64,000 bases of DNA from Candidatus Sediminicultor quintus (GCA_001773955.1 MEYH01000022.1:3606-67605); one strand, 5' to 3'; numbered from the stretch's first letter, positions 9,250 through 20,960 are shown. The notes: generated by a model from the sequence alone, not told the origin. Made by a program: numbers and translations.

Positions 9250-11496
9250 TTATCTTCCCTTATTTTTACTCTTCTTCTCTTCATACATCTTTTCGTCAGC
9301 TATTCTGATTAATTCATCCATAGATAAAGGGTTGGCCGGATCATAATGAGAAAATCCTGTGCTAAGTTCTACTTTATAAGGTTTTTTGGAAATCTTATTT
9401 AGCCGGGTTAATTCCTTGCTTAACCTCTTTCTAATTATAGGTATTTCCTTTAAGGAACCATCCAAGAAGATTACTAAAAATTCATCCCCTCCCATCCGAG
9501 TGATAATATCTACCTCTCTTAAAATAGATTTAAAGAGTTTTGCTACTTGGACCATAACCCTATCCCCCTCTTCATGACTAAATTCATCATTGATATCTTT
9601 CAGATTATCTAAATCACTATAGGCTAACAATAAAGAGGATTTGTTTCTTTTAGCTAATTTTAACTGTCTTTGAAGAAGCTCTAAGCCATACCCCCTATTA
9701 TAGGCTCCGGTAAGGGTATCGTAATGGGCTAATCTCTTTAGTTTCTCTTCCACTCTCTTTCTTTCTATAGCAGTAGCTACTTGGGAAGAGACGAATTCTA
9801 AAAGTGTTGTATCCTTCTCGGAATAGGGATTAGAATTGGAGTAACTTTGGATAGCCATAGCGCCTATTACCTTATCTTCTACCCTTAGAGGAACTCCAAA
9901 CCAGAAGATATCTTTGGTAATAACCCCTGCATTTAATATTTCTCCATCATCTTTTAATTTTTTGATTTTATCATAATTTAAGAGCATAGAACGTTTATTT
10001 TTAATAATATAGCAGGTCAGGCTTTTTTCCTCTAAGTTTTGGGGTTCAAAATCATCTTCCAACTCGTCTATATGATAAGGAAAGTATAATTTATTCTCTT
10101 TTTCGTCAACTAAAGCGATATAGAAATTAGTAGTGTCGATTATAGTGCCCAATTCTTGATGAATTATGGGATAGAGCTGGTCAAGCGAGATCGATAAATT
10201 AGCTGCTTTAGAGATATTATATAAGACCTGCTGAAGTCTTTCATTCTTTTTAATTTTGGTAATATCTCGGTAGGATATTATCCTCCCTTTATGTTTACCC
10301 TCAATTACTACTGGAGAACAGGAAATAACCACTGGAAAGAGGAGTCCATCTTTCTTTTTTCTCATAGATTCGTAATTATAATAACTTCTGGATAATGATT
10401 TTTGATATAAATCTTTAGCTTCTCCCATCTTATCTTGGGGGTGAATCATCCCATCATTAATATTTCTACCTTTAATTTCCTCTAAGGCATAACCGAACAA
10501 TTTAGTAAATTGAGAATTAATATTTAAAATATTACTCTTTTCATCTACATAGACCAAAGCCTCCGGACTATTTCTAAAAAGACTGGCAAATTCTTGTTGG
10601 CTTTTATGGAGAGCTTCTTCGTCTTTTTTGCGTTCGGTGATGTCTCGGGTTATACCTATTGTCCCTATTATTTTGCCTTTTTCATCATATCGAGGTACCT
10701 TGGTAACAGAAAACCAACGCTCCATCCCATTCAAATAAGTGATTTTTTCTATCCTATCAATGAGGGGTTTGCCCGTTTTCATTACCCGATCATCATCAGC
10801 AAAACATTTTTTAGCTGCCTCTTCGGTGAAAATATCGAAGTCAGTTTCTCCAATAAAATCCTCAGGTTTAATACCTCTGTCTTCACCACTTGCTTTATTT
10901 ACCCTAACAAATCGATTTTTCTCATCTTTGAAATTGATAAAATCAGGGATATTATCCATAAGGGCATGTAATAAACTCTGTTCATATATAATTGACATTT
11001 CGGCTTCTTTACGCTCAGTGATGTCCACAAAGATGCCTTCCACTCCAGCAATATTCCCTTCTTTGTCATAATAGTAATGGCTGGAAGTGGAGACAGTAAC
11101 CGGGGAGCCATCTCTTCTTTTTAGGGCTACTTCATAATCTTTAACACTTCCTTTTCTCTTTTTCAATTCTTCTAAAAATCTTTTTCTGTCTTCAGGGATA
11201 TAATATAAATCTTTAGCCAGATTTTTCCCTATAATCTCTTCGGGAGAGTGATAACCCAGCAATTTAGCTCCGGGAGGATTTACCATTAGAATATTCCCTT
11301 CTCTATCTGCACGATAGTAGACCCCCGGCATATTCTCATAGAGACTACGATATTTCTCTTCACTATTCTTTAAGTCTTCTTCTGCCTTCTTACGTTTAAT
11401 TTCAGATTCCTTTAATTTAGTAATCTGCTGACGTAATTTTGCTAATTCATTGATAAGTTGTTCCTTGGTTTTTTTGCTATCTCCCATATTGTCCAT
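9250..11496 (-). CDS. Sensor diguanylate cyclase with multiple PAS domains, a GAF domain and GGDEF
   Basis: 748 aa with repeated PAS-like segments; C-terminal RMGGDEF active-site motif. Confidence 0.85.
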   Translation of the reverse strand: MDNMGDSKKTKEQLINELAKLRQQITKLKESEIKRKKAEEDLKNSEEKYRSLYENMPGVYYRADREGNILMVNPPGAKLLGYHSPEEIIGKNLAKDLYYIPEDRKRFLEELKKRKGSVKDYEVALKRRDGSPVTVSTSSHYYYDKEGNIAGVEGIFVDITERKEAEMSIIYEQSLLHALMDNIPDFINFKDEKNRFVRVNKASGEDRGIKPEDFIGETDFDIFTEEAAKKCFADDDRVMKTGKPLIDRIEKITYLNGMERWFSVTKVPRYDEKGKIIGTIGITRDITERKKDEEALHKSQQEFASLFRNSPEALVYVDEKSNILNINSQFTKLFGYALEEIKGRNINDGMIHPQDKMGEAKDLYQKSLSRSYYNYESMRKKKDGLLFPVVISCSPVVIEGKHKGRIISYRDITKIKKNERLQQVLYNISKAANLSISLDQLYPIIHQELGTIIDTTNFYIALVDEKENKLYFPYHIDELEDDFEPQNLEEKSLTCYIIKNKRSMLLNYDKIKKLKDDGEILNAGVITKDIFWFGVPLRVEDKVIGAMAIQSYSNSNPYSEKDTTLLEFVSSQVATAIERKRVEEKLKRLAHYDTLTGAYNRGYGLELLQRQLKLAKRNKSSLLLAYSDLDNLKDINDEFSHEEGDRVMVQVAKLFKSILREVDIITRMGGDEFLVIFLDGSLKEIPIIRKRLSKELTRLNKISKKPYKVELSTGFSHYDPANPLSMDELIRIADEKMYEEKKSKNKGR

Positions 11497-11554
11497 CCTC
11501 TAAAAATCAAAAAATAATTTTATTCTTCATTTTAAATTATTACCTCAACTTGTT

Positions 11555-12211
11555 TTACTGTTTTCCATAAGATTTTTTGGCGAAATCTTGCATTATTTTA
11601 ATATCTTCTTCAGGGATTATTCTACACTTACCTACGCTTTTACTTAAAATATAAATATGGGCTGTTTTTTCAACCACGTAGCAAACCTTCATCGCCTCTT
11701 TCATATCTTTCCCCACGCAGAGCGTCCCGTGATTTAGAAGAAAAACTGCATTTCTATTTCCTAAACTGGCAACTGCATTCTCAGCTAACTCATCTGAACC
11801 GGGTAAAGCATATTTCGCACATAAAACTTTTTCTCCCACTATCTGGACAAAATCTTCACAAATTCCCGGAAGACTGAAGCCGGTTACTGCCAACACACTC
11901 GAATAAATGGGGTGATAGTGCACTATAGCCCCTACATCCTTTCTGACATTATATATGGAAAGATGCATAGGCATCTCGATAGAGGGCTTCCTAAGCCCCT
12001 CGATTGTGTTTCCCTTCTTATCAACCACAATGATATCCTCGGGATTAATATCATTATAATCCATACCGCTTGGCTTGATATAGACTAAGCCTGTTTCAGA
12101 ATCCAAAACACTAATATTCCCCCAGGTCCCGAGGGTTAAATTCTGCTTATACAATTCTTTTCCTGTATCGACTATTAATTTTTTAAACTTTTCTGATATT
12201 TCTAATTTCAC
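11555..12211 (-). CDS. Class II aldolase/adducin family protein (fuculose-phosphate aldolase / ribulose-5-P epimerase-like)
   Basis: 218 aa with the class II aldolase His cluster (HYHP…). Confidence 0.75.
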   Translation of the reverse strand: MKLEISEKFKKLIVDTGKELYKQNLTLGTWGNISVLDSETGLVYIKPSGMDYNDINPEDIIVVDKKGNTIEGLRKPSIEMPMHLSIYNVRKDVGAIVHYHPIYSSVLAVTGFSLPGICEDFVQIVGEKVLCAKYALPGSDELAENAVASLGNRNAVFLLNHGTLCVGKDMKEAMKVCYVVEKTAHIYILSKSVGKCRIIPEEDIKIMQDFAKKSYGKQ

Positions 12212-12344
12212 ACCTCTATCCTCATATTTCTATTTTTGCTTACTATATTTATATACTCCATAATATTTTAAAATCCTTCTTTTTTCGAAAAAAATCTAAC
12301 AGATAGCGCTATATATAGGAAATTTAACTTAATTAAATTTAATT

Positions 12345-13286
12345 TTATTTAAAAGTAGATTCTTTTTGGGTTTTATCAATAATGGAAAATTTGCAAATAA
12401 CGGCTCCCGCAATAACCAAACCACAGGCTATCCAGAGATTGGCTTTAACTGCTACCTGAAGATATAAAGAACTGATAACGATAGAAAGTAGAGGCGTAAA
12501 ATAGGAAAAAGAGACAACCAGAATAATTTTACCTTTACGCATAGCCCTATCCCAGAAAGTATACGCTAAAAAAGTGGGGAAGACAGACATATATAAAAGC
12601 TCTACTATCACCTGTGGTGTCCAGTAAGATTCTTCTGGAAACACAAACCTTATTGTGGTTAAGACCAATCCGGTAGCCAAAAGAAAGAGGGGGACAGCTC
12701 CACCCTCAGTATGACCAGCCCAGCGGCGAACTAAATTAGAATAGAGCCCCCAGGTAATGGCAGCCATAAAGGCTAATAAATAAGGAAAATAACTTACTTG
12801 GAAATTTCCTTTGAATACCTCCCAGGAAAACATTCCACTTTGCACTGTAGCCAGGTAAAATCCAGCAAAGGCAATTATTATACCGGGAATTAAAATTATT
12901 TTTCCTTTCTTATGCAGAATAGGAAGGGAAAATATCAGAGTTAAGCCAGGCCAGAGATAATTAATAATACTTACTTCAATGACCTGTTCACGGCTAAAAG
13001 CTAATCCCACCGCCAAATAAAGACAGACCATATAAAAAATAAATAAAGTTCCACAACCTATTAAATATAAAATAGGCAGCTGGAAGATTTTTTTAATTCC
13101 TCCCGGTTTATTAATTAAGTAGATACAACCCCAGATACCGCTCAGCATATATATCCAGGAAGCAGCAGTTAAAGGTCCTAACTGCTCTGTTAGGCTTCGG
13201 GAAAAGGCAATAGTAGTCCCCCAAAATAATATGGCCAATATTCCAAATATAGTATTTAAATTCTCTTGAGAAATAGATATTTTCAA
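12345..13286 (-). CDS. EamA/DMT superfamily transporter
   Basis: 313 aa with about 10 predicted TM helices and a duplicated EamA-like organisation. Confidence 0.7.
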   Translation of the reverse strand: MKISISQENLNTIFGILAILFWGTTIAFSRSLTEQLGPLTAASWIYMLSGIWGCIYLINKPGGIKKIFQLPILYLIGCGTLFIFYMVCLYLAVGLAFSREQVIEVSIINYLWPGLTLIFSLPILHKKGKIILIPGIIIAFAGFYLATVQSGMFSWEVFKGNFQVSYFPYLLAFMAAITWGLYSNLVRRWAGHTEGGAVPLFLLATGLVLTTIRFVFPEESYWTPQVIVELLYMSVFPTFLAYTFWDRAMRKGKIILVVSFSYFTPLLSIVISSLYLQVAVKANLWIACGLVIAGAVICKFSIIDKTQKESTFK

Positions 13287-13502
13287 ATCGCATCTCCTTC
13301 AAGTTTTCAAGTTAACAGGTTACTTATCCAGCCAATTTCTATATTTATTATTCATTCTACGTAAATAAATATTTAATTGCAAGAAAACTATCAAAATCGA
13401 GTAGTAAATTAGTTAGCCAGTTATTTCTTGGTTAATTAATTATTGTATAATAGAGGATAAATTGCTATATTATAATTTACAATCCGTAAAGAAGGCGAGA
13501 AA

Positions 13503-14930
13503 ATGAAAAAAGTTACCCGTGAAGAAATCTTAACCGGCAATCCTTTAAAAGTGATGTTTTTATTAAGCTTTCCAATCATAATCTCCCAATTCTTATATAC
13601 TTCATATCATCTTGCTGATACCTTCTGGCTGGGTCATCTTCCTCCCACAGAAAGCGGAGAAGCAGTCGCTGGATTGCAAATTTCCTGGCCAGTGATCTGG
13701 TTTCTCATTGCTCTCTCCTTCGGATTTGGAATAGCTGGTGTGGCTCTCGTTTCTCAATATACTGGAGCGGGTGAAAAGGAAAATGCCAATATAATAGCCA
13801 GTCAAATGCTTTCTCTTTCCATTATATTTGGACTGATTATTGCTGTATTCGGATTTATATTAACCCCTTATTTGGTCCCTCTTATTACTAAATCAACCAC
13901 AGTCACCAGAACAGCGATAACTTATATGCAGCTTATCTTCTGGGGAATACCTTTCGTTTTTATTGCCTTCACTTTTCAGAGTATTCTTTCTGCTAAAGGC
14001 GATACCATAACCCCAATGTATATAAATCTTTTCACCGTTACTTTAAATGTTATACTCGATCCCTTTTTAATTTTTGGATGGTGGCGTTTTCCTCGTTTAG
14101 GTGTAATGGGAGCAGCACTGGCTACCATCATATGTCAGGGCATAGCTGCTTCCATTTCTATCTATCTCCTCTTTAGAGGGACAAAAGGCATAAAGATTAC
14201 CATAAATAGTCTAATCCCGGCTGGGAAATGGCTGAAAAAAATCTTCAAAATAGGACTGCCGGCAGCAATAGGCCATTCTACAACTGCCTTTGGATTCGTG
14301 CTGGTTATGGCTATTGTCGGTAGGATGAATAATCCGGAAACAGTTATTGCCGCGTATGGTGTGGGGGATAAACTGATTAATATCATTTTTATTGTGGTAG
14401 ATGGCTTGGGGACAGGGATTATCACTTTAATCGGACAAAACCTGGGGGCAAATCTTATTAATCGAGTAGAAGAAATCGCCCGAAAAAGTCTTCGGGTTGT
14501 ATTTCTTATTACTTTGTTGGAAGCCGCTCTGGTCTTTGCTTTAAGAATTCCTCTATTTAAACTATTTATCCCTAATCGACCGGATGTTATTGCTGAAGGG
14601 ATTCACTTTCTCAGCATCTTCACTTTAGGTATCCCTTTCTTCGGTTTGATCGGAGCAATTATGGCTGTATTTAGAGGATCCGGGCATAATGTTCAACCTA
14701 TGATTGTGGATATGGTAAGACTCTGGGGATTGAGAATTCCCCTTGCTTACTTCCTCGGTAATCAATTTGGCTCTACCGGTATATGGTGGGGAATGGCTTT
14801 AAGTAATATTATCGCTGCTATTGTAGCCCTCTTCTTCTACTTTCAAGGAGGATGGAAGAAGCAAGTTATTCATGAATACAAGGAAACTATTCAACCCGCC
14901 CCTTCTCCTTTTATTCCCGAGGAGGGATAA
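13503..14930 (+). CDS. MATE family multidrug efflux transporter
   Basis: 475 aa, 12-TM, typical MATE/NorM composition. Confidence 0.85.
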   Translation: MKKVTREEILTGNPLKVMFLLSFPIIISQFLYTSYHLADTFWLGHLPPTESGEAVAGLQISWPVIWFLIALSFGFGIAGVALVSQYTGAGEKENANIIASQMLSLSIIFGLIIAVFGFILTPYLVPLITKSTTVTRTAITYMQLIFWGIPFVFIAFTFQSILSAKGDTITPMYINLFTVTLNVILDPFLIFGWWRFPRLGVMGAALATIICQGIAASISIYLLFRGTKGIKITINSLIPAGKWLKKIFKIGLPAAIGHSTTAFGFVLVMAIVGRMNNPETVIAAYGVGDKLINIIFIVVDGLGTGIITLIGQNLGANLINRVEEIARKSLRVVFLITLLEAALVFALRIPLFKLFIPNRPDVIAEGIHFLSIFTLGIPFFGLIGAIMAVFRGSGHNVQPMIVDMVRLWGLRIPLAYFLGNQFGSTGIWWGMALSNIIAAIVALFFYFQGGWKKQVIHEYKETIQPAPSPFIPEEG

Positions 14931-15081
14931 ATTACACTTTTTACCCTCGAAAAATGAGTATTTTTTGGGTTTTGAAATCCTTGTAAATAAAGAGTTTCAT
15001 GTTATTTAAATTTATATCCCTTTCTTGGAATAAAGGTTTATGCTAAAATATAAAAAAACAATCTTTGGGCAGGTGTAAATA

Positions 15082-16356
15082 ATGTCACATATGGTGGGGA
15101 AATCAGCTTATAAAAATCTGGAGGAAAGGCTAAATAAATTTCCCCAGGGTGCTCCTCCTTCTGAGACACTATACAAGATATTGAGTATCCTTTTTAATGA
15201 AAAGGAAGCGGAACTAGTTTCTCGACTTCCTATAAAACCTTTCTCCATTAAAACAGCCAGTCGAATATGGAAATTAGATGCAGTTAATACGGAAAAATTA
15301 TTAGATGAATTAGCTGGCAGAGCAATCCTCCTGGATTCTGAACATAACGGAATTAAAAAATATGTTCTTCCACCCCCCATGGCAGGATTCTTCGAATTCT
15401 CGATGATGAGGACCAGACACGATTTAGATCAAAAGCTGCTTTCGGAACTCTTTTACCAGTACCTCAACGTTGAGGAAGATTTTGTTAAGGATTTATTTTT
15501 AGGTAGTGAGACCTTACTGGGAAGAACTTTCGTGCAGGAGGAGGTCCTATCCAAGGATAACCTTGTTTCCATCCTGGATTATGAAAAAGCAAGTCATATT
15601 ATAAAAACCGCATCATCTATAGGAATCAGTATGTGCTATTGCCGTCATAAAAGGGAGCATTTGGGAAAAGCATGTGATGCTCCCATGGATATCTGTATGA
15701 CTTTCAACAATGTCGCCAAATCCTTGATAAGACACAATTATGCCCGAAGAGTAGAAGCCTCAGAATGTATGGAACTGTTACACAAAGCTTATGAATATAA
15801 TCTTGTCCAGTGCGGGGAAAATGTCAAAAATAAGGTCAGTTTTATATGCAACTGCTGCGGTTGTTGCTGCGAATTCCTGGTAACAGCAAAAAAATTCGGG
15901 ATGCTCCATCCGGTTCAAACCACCTCATATATTCCTAAGATTGATGAAGAAAAGTGCACGGAGTGTGGAAAATGCGTCAAAGTATGTCCTATTTCCGCCA
16001 TAGAGTGGATTTCGAATGATGATGGAATAAACAGCAAACCTAAAAAAATCAAAATAAATGAAGAGATATGCCTGGGATGCGGGGTCTGTGTTAGGGCATG
16101 TTCCAATAAAACTATTACACTTGAAAGACGTGAGGAGCAAATTATAACACCAGTCAATTCAGTCCACCGGATTGTTTTGATGGCGATAGAAAAAGGGAAA
16201 CTGCAGGAACTGATATTTAACAATCAAGCCTTTGGCAGCCACAGGGTGATGGCAGCCGTTCTTGCAGTTATTCTGAAACTGCCCCTTATAAAACAAATGA
16301 TGGCCAGCAAACAAATGAAATCAATATACCTTGAAAAACTTTTTGAGAGAATATAA
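15082..16356 (+). CDS. Fe-S cluster-binding protein with two C-terminal 4Fe-4S ferredoxin motifs
   Basis: CTECGKCVKVCP and CLGCGVCVRACS motifs plus an upstream Cys-rich CNCCGCCC block; paralogous to 53923-54834. Confidence 0.6.
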   Translation: MSHMVGKSAYKNLEERLNKFPQGAPPSETLYKILSILFNEKEAELVSRLPIKPFSIKTASRIWKLDAVNTEKLLDELAGRAILLDSEHNGIKKYVLPPPMAGFFEFSMMRTRHDLDQKLLSELFYQYLNVEEDFVKDLFLGSETLLGRTFVQEEVLSKDNLVSILDYEKASHIIKTASSIGISMCYCRHKREHLGKACDAPMDICMTFNNVAKSLIRHNYARRVEASECMELLHKAYEYNLVQCGENVKNKVSFICNCCGCCCEFLVTAKKFGMLHPVQTTSYIPKIDEEKCTECGKCVKVCPISAIEWISNDDGINSKPKKIKINEEICLGCGVCVRACSNKTITLERREEQIITPVNSVHRIVLMAIEKGKLQELIFNNQAFGSHRVMAAVLAVILKLPLIKQMMASKQMKSIYLEKLFERI

Positions 16357-16651
16357 AATTAATTAGCATTCCCTTTTATTCAGTTCTCTAATAACTATCT
16401 TGTCCAATATTTCCGATGCTTTCAAAATAACCTCTCTACATTTTTTCTCTTCTGTCCGGTAATTATCCTTTAAGGGTTTACAAGGCAGCTGCCAGTCTTA
16501 GAGAATCAGGGTTTAGGTTAAGATGATAAACCTGATTAGCACCATATAAAATAGTTTCCGCACAATTTAAATCTTCCTTAATTCCATACCCATTTTGGAT
16601 TAATTCTTGCAACATTTATTTCTTCCTCCTGAAGTAAGAAGCACTCAAATT

Positions 16652-17593
16652 TTATCGTGCTATTAATTCTCCATACACCTCTGTAATTGTGGGAATAGAG
16701 ATATCGTGTTCTTTCGCCAGACGGATTAAAGTTCCTCCGAATATATCTCCTTCGTGTTTGGTGTTTCCCTTTTCATAATCTCTTTGAAATGAAGTCTTGG
16801 TTTCGCAGGGAAAGCCCTGGGCTTTTTGTACAGTTTTTTCTACTATATCTTGCTCAAAATCTATATTTTTTGCTTTCCCGATTAAAACAACTTCTTTCAT
16901 GATATTTCCCATCATACTCTTTAGCTTATCATCAGAGAGTACTCCTCCTATTGTTTTTCCTGAATAGGCGGTCATTAAACTAAACGCTGTAATAAATATA
17001 TACTTTTCCCATATTGCCGGATAGGGATTATCATGCCAGGTGTTACTAATCCCCATTTTATTAAAGAATTCAATAAGATACTGATAATTATAGTTTAAGT
17101 GTTTCGGATCTTTGCCAAATACAATATGCCCTTCAGGGCCTTTTTGTCTGATGGTACCGGGTTTTTCAATACTGGAGGAAACATAGACAGAGGCAGGTGA
17201 GACTATCGCTTTTTCTAAACTGGTCCTTATGCGCTCATAGATATCTACTCCATTAAGCAAGGGGAGAATGATAGTACCAGCGGATATATTTTTTGAAATT
17301 GATGCAGCAGCATTATCCAAGTCATACCCCTTTACACACAGTAAGTATAAATCCGGGGTAGGAACATGTCTTATATTATCGGTGGCGATATTCGGAAAGC
17401 AAAGAAATTTCTCTTTATCGGTGATCAGATTCAGCCCGTGTTGCTGAATGGCTTTTAAATGTTCCCCTCGGCCTATAAAATAGACCTGCACAGCGCGGTT
17501 ACCCTTGCTAATCTCATGAGCTATTCTGCCGCCAAAATACCCGCCGACACCTCCGATGCCGTATACACATACACTTTTAATTTTTTTAGACAT
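16652..17593 (-). CDS. 2-dehydropantoate 2-reductase family protein (ApbA/PanE-like)
   Basis: N-terminal VYGIGGVGGYFGG Rossmann motif; 313 aa with the two-domain ketopantoate reductase layout. Confidence 0.65.
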   Translation of the reverse strand: MSKKIKSVCVYGIGGVGGYFGGRIAHEISKGNRAVQVYFIGRGEHLKAIQQHGLNLITDKEKFLCFPNIATDNIRHVPTPDLYLLCVKGYDLDNAAASISKNISAGTIILPLLNGVDIYERIRTSLEKAIVSPASVYVSSSIEKPGTIRQKGPEGHIVFGKDPKHLNYNYQYLIEFFNKMGISNTWHDNPYPAIWEKYIFITAFSLMTAYSGKTIGGVLSDDKLKSMMGNIMKEVVLIGKAKNIDFEQDIVEKTVQKAQGFPCETKTSFQRDYEKGNTKHEGDIFGGTLIRLAKEHDISIPTITEVYGELIAR

Positions 17594-17876
17594 GCTTCCC
17601 CTTTCTAACTATTTTTAAATCAACCTTGAGTTCATCCATTATCAGCCTGAATAATATTAAATTTAACCATTCTTAGGCTTTTTTTAACTTTACCAGACCT
17701 AGCAATTTATGTAGAAAGATCTTTTATCTTTCCCGCGCAAGCGGGAATCCAGCATTTTCTTAAGAAATTTTCTATATCAATAACCGTATACCTTGATTTA
17801 GAGCCCACTACAAAATCGATTCTGGTTTGTGCGCTGCTTTTACATTGTCAATAGAACCGTCCCTATGACATCTTTT

Positions 17877-18596
17877 TTACCTTGGTTTATCCATTTCTTT
17901 CAGATATTTTACATAAGCTGAGCCTAACTCCGTAATAGAAAAAGTATCTCCTTCCTCTTCCCGGATAAATTCTAAATCAAGAAGGGCATCTAATATGGCC
18001 TCCCGCTCTTTGGTGTCGGATATTTTAGACTGCCATATATTATTATATTCTTCTCGGCTTACCGATTTGGATTTATGAAGCCAGAATAAAACATACTTTG
18101 CGTATAAGACCAGATAGGTATTGGCATAGAGAAATCGCCATTTAATATTTTCTTCTTGCAGTTTTCGAATATGTTTAGCCATCACTTCTTCTCTTAAAAC
18201 GACGGAGTCTGTTTCTTGAATTTTCTTATTTAATATGTTGTCCCGATTAAAATCGTAAGAAGAGGTTAAATCACCAATATTAATATCCAATACTGAACCG
18301 AAAAATTGCTCTTGTTTTGACTGTTGAGAATCGTGCTGCCCTGATTTTTTAGCAGTAAAAAATTCTTCAAAAAACTTGTAAATAGACTTTTCAAATAGTA
18401 ATATACTGAGAACCAGATACACCATTATTAAGGCGACCCAGGAATTGGTTATTTCTGCTAACGATGGTTTTACCGGCCACCAGATTAATAAAAGAATACT
18501 GGCTATCACAATTAATAAGATAAATAAAACCACCGCAAAGATTATTTTTTGCACATTTAAAATTTCTATTTTTTCTTTTAAATTTATTTTATTCAT
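17877..18596 (-). CDS. Hypothetical membrane-anchored protein
   Basis: 239-aa ORF with N-terminal TM helices; no recognisable catalytic motif. Confidence 0.4.
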   Translation of the reverse strand: MNKINLKEKIEILNVQKIIFAVVLFILLIVIASILLLIWWPVKPSLAEITNSWVALIMVYLVLSILLFEKSIYKFFEEFFTAKKSGQHDSQQSKQEQFFGSVLDINIGDLTSSYDFNRDNILNKKIQETDSVVLREEVMAKHIRKLQEENIKWRFLYANTYLVLYAKYVLFWLHKSKSVSREEYNNIWQSKISDTKEREAILDALLDLEFIREEEGDTFSITELGSAYVKYLKEMDKPR

Positions 18597-18748
18597 CTAT
18601 CTAATTTACCTCCCTTAATAAAAGAATTCGATAAAAAAAAAGAAAATCCTTTTTATTTTGAAAAAATATAGCAAATTTTTAATTTTTGAGGTTAATGGTT
18701 TTTTGTTTTCACTAATAATCTTAAGAGCCATATTTTTTCAACTTTATT

Positions 18749-19336
18749 TTAGTATATCTCTTTTATATAAGATTCTACTGTATTTCTGATAATTTCTTTA
18801 TCCTTATTAGTCTGTCTTGAACAGAAAATTGGTTTCTTAATTTCCACTTCAATTTTTTTTAAACTTCTGATAAATTTTGCTCCTCTTGGTAAAGCTTTAT
18901 CGGCTCCTTTAATCCTTATTGGTACGATAGGTACTCCTATCTTGGCAGCCAGATAGGCAGCTCCCGCTCTAACGGGTAAATTATTCTTTTGACGGTCAAT
19001 ACCCCCTTCGGGGAAAATTCCCAAAACTCCACCTCCCTTTAATATTTTCAAGGATTGCTTTATAGCCTTAATATCATTTTCTCTTTGAACCGGGATAGAA
19101 CTAAACTTTCTTAACATATAACCAAGCCAACCTATTTTGAAAAGATAGGCCGCGGCTATAAAAATTACTTTAGGTCTAACCGATACTCCCAGGATAACCG
19201 GGTCTAATAAACTTGAATGATTGGCAACAATAATAAACGGGCCATCCTGTGGTATATTTTCTTGGCCGGTTACTTTTAGCCGAAAAAGTAATTTAAAAAT
19301 AATCCAACAAATATATTTGGCAATATTGTATAACAA
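18749..19336 (-). CDS. plsC: 1-acyl-sn-glycerol-3-phosphate acyltransferase (PlsC family)
   Basis: NHSSLLD (HX4D) acyltransferase motif and a downstream FPEGG block. Confidence 0.8.
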   Translation of the reverse strand: MLYNIAKYICWIIFKLLFRLKVTGQENIPQDGPFIIVANHSSLLDPVILGVSVRPKVIFIAAAYLFKIGWLGYMLRKFSSIPVQRENDIKAIKQSLKILKGGGVLGIFPEGGIDRQKNNLPVRAGAAYLAAKIGVPIVPIRIKGADKALPRGAKFIRSLKKIEVEIKKPIFCSRQTNKDKEIIRNTVESYIKEIY

Positions 19337-19350
19337 AATAAGCTACCCCA

Positions 19351-20811
19351 TTATTTATCTCGGGTTTGTTCTAAAATCCAATCGCCTATTATTTTTAAGG
19401 CGATGGGTGAAATTGTTTCTTCGATCTTTGCATATTCAGCAGGCACCCCGATTTGAGCGGTTTGAAAAAGATGATTAAGGCCTGGTAATTCTTTAATGGT
19501 AAAGTTTTTATTACCTCCGGCAACGAGAGCATCTTTGATAGCACTTAGATTCTCTTTGGGGGGAACTTGTAAATCTTTCTCCCCATTTATAGCCAGTACC
19601 GGACACTTTACCTTACTCAAAGTTGGTTTAGGATCATAGGTTAGGAAAAACTTAAGCCAGGGAGATAATAAGCTCTGAAGTTGAACTTTAAGGAACACTT
19701 CCGGATCACCTATTTGTTCTTTTTTCTCATCACTCATTTTTTCCCAATCTTCCATAAACATCTGACGAAGTTTTTCTTCAATAGTTTTCTCGTCCTTTCC
19801 CTCCTTAATGAGAGAAAATATCTTTTCATTAAACTGACGATTCTTAATAATATCTTCTTCGCTGACCCCCATTGCCCTGGAAATCAAAGCACCTTGTAAA
19901 TATAGAATTTCTTCTCCGGTTAACCCTGTCCCGGCCATTAATACTATAAAAGCCACATCTGAAGATTTTGCAGCAACCATTGGGGCAATAATACCACCTT
20001 CGCTATGTCCGATAAGGCCAATCTTCTTTGGATTTATCTCTTTTCTTGCTTTTAGGTATTCTATCCCGGCTAACACATCGGAAGCAAAATCTCCACTGGT
20101 AGCCTGAGAAAAGTCCCCGGTTGATTCTCCCACTCCCCGATCATCTACCCTGAGGACAGCAATCCCCTGACGAGTTAAATAATCTGCTAATACCAGAAAG
20201 GGACGATGCCCGGCTATAGCTTCATTACGGTCTTGCGGACCAGAACCGGTAATTAATAATACTGCCGGAAAAGAATCCTGCTCAGATGGCAAAGTCAGAG
20301 TTCCTGTGAGTGTAATTTCTGCTTCTTTATTTTCATATACTACTTCTTCTTCAATGTAAGGATAAGGTTTTTTTGGCTCCTGAGGTCTGAGCATTTCCAC
20401 TGCTTTATCAACCCGCTTCACTGTCAGCGGTAGAGTCTGTCCGGATTGTTTCCAATGTCCTTCTATAGTTAAAAAATCACTACTTATCTTTCCTTCAAAA
20501 ATACCTCCCACAGAATTTATTTCCAGATACAAAGTGTTATCTTTAACCATAACCTTTTCCACCGCTATACCAGTTACTCCCTGATCAGGGCTATCTAAAG
20601 TTGCAGTTAGAGATCCATCTGGATTCTTAGAAATCTTACACACAATCCGAAGTTCTACTCCTGGTACTTTCAACTTACCCTCCCAGATACCCTCAATGCT
20701 TATTTCAGAGGTATCTTGCTGTTGAGCAAATACTACCATGCTAATACTACTTACCATTATTAAAGCAAGACAAATTAAACCACTAAATATAATCTTATAA
20801 GTTATTTTCAT
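19351..20811 (-). CDS. Secreted alpha/beta hydrolase (dienelactone hydrolase / S9-like) with an N-terminal accessory domain
   Basis: Signal peptide and a GHSEGG nucleophile elbow. Confidence 0.7.
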   Translation of the reverse strand: MKITYKIIFSGLICLALIMVSSISMVVFAQQQDTSEISIEGIWEGKLKVPGVELRIVCKISKNPDGSLTATLDSPDQGVTGIAVEKVMVKDNTLYLEINSVGGIFEGKISSDFLTIEGHWKQSGQTLPLTVKRVDKAVEMLRPQEPKKPYPYIEEEVVYENKEAEITLTGTLTLPSEQDSFPAVLLITGSGPQDRNEAIAGHRPFLVLADYLTRQGIAVLRVDDRGVGESTGDFSQATSGDFASDVLAGIEYLKARKEINPKKIGLIGHSEGGIIAPMVAAKSSDVAFIVLMAGTGLTGEEILYLQGALISRAMGVSEEDIIKNRQFNEKIFSLIKEGKDEKTIEEKLRQMFMEDWEKMSDEKKEQIGDPEVFLKVQLQSLLSPWLKFFLTYDPKPTLSKVKCPVLAINGEKDLQVPPKENLSAIKDALVAGGNKNFTIKELPGLNHLFQTAQIGVPAEYAKIEETISPIALKIIGDWILEQTRDK

Positions 20812-20917
20812 AATATTTTTCTCCCTTTCCTATATTAAAAAGTGATTTCCCATTCAATGCTCTAATTAAGATTTGCAAAATTAATAGTAAAAATAATTAG
20901 GAAATAGCTATATTCCT

Positions 20918-20960
20918 TTATTCTACAAAAAAAGCAAAAATCCTCTTTTTATATAAAAGT
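20918..20960 (+). promoter_or_regulatory. Conserved upstream module shared by both arsR-headed operons (copy 1), followed by a TTGACA -35 element
   Basis: ttattctacaaaaaaagcaaaaatcctcttttt is almost identical to 23233-23275. Confidence 0.4.

Noticed and set aside
16480-16620. 47-aa minus-strand ORF MLQELIQNGYGIKEDLNCAETILYGANQVYHLNLNPDSLRLAAAL with a GGAGG RBS. It resembles the N-terminus of C_GCAxxG_C_C family proteins
   Set aside because: It terminates after 47 aa, and the downstream frames do not rebuild the GCAxxG / C_C motifs convincingly. It is probably a gene remnant in a 3'-3' intergenic region and is too weak to call.
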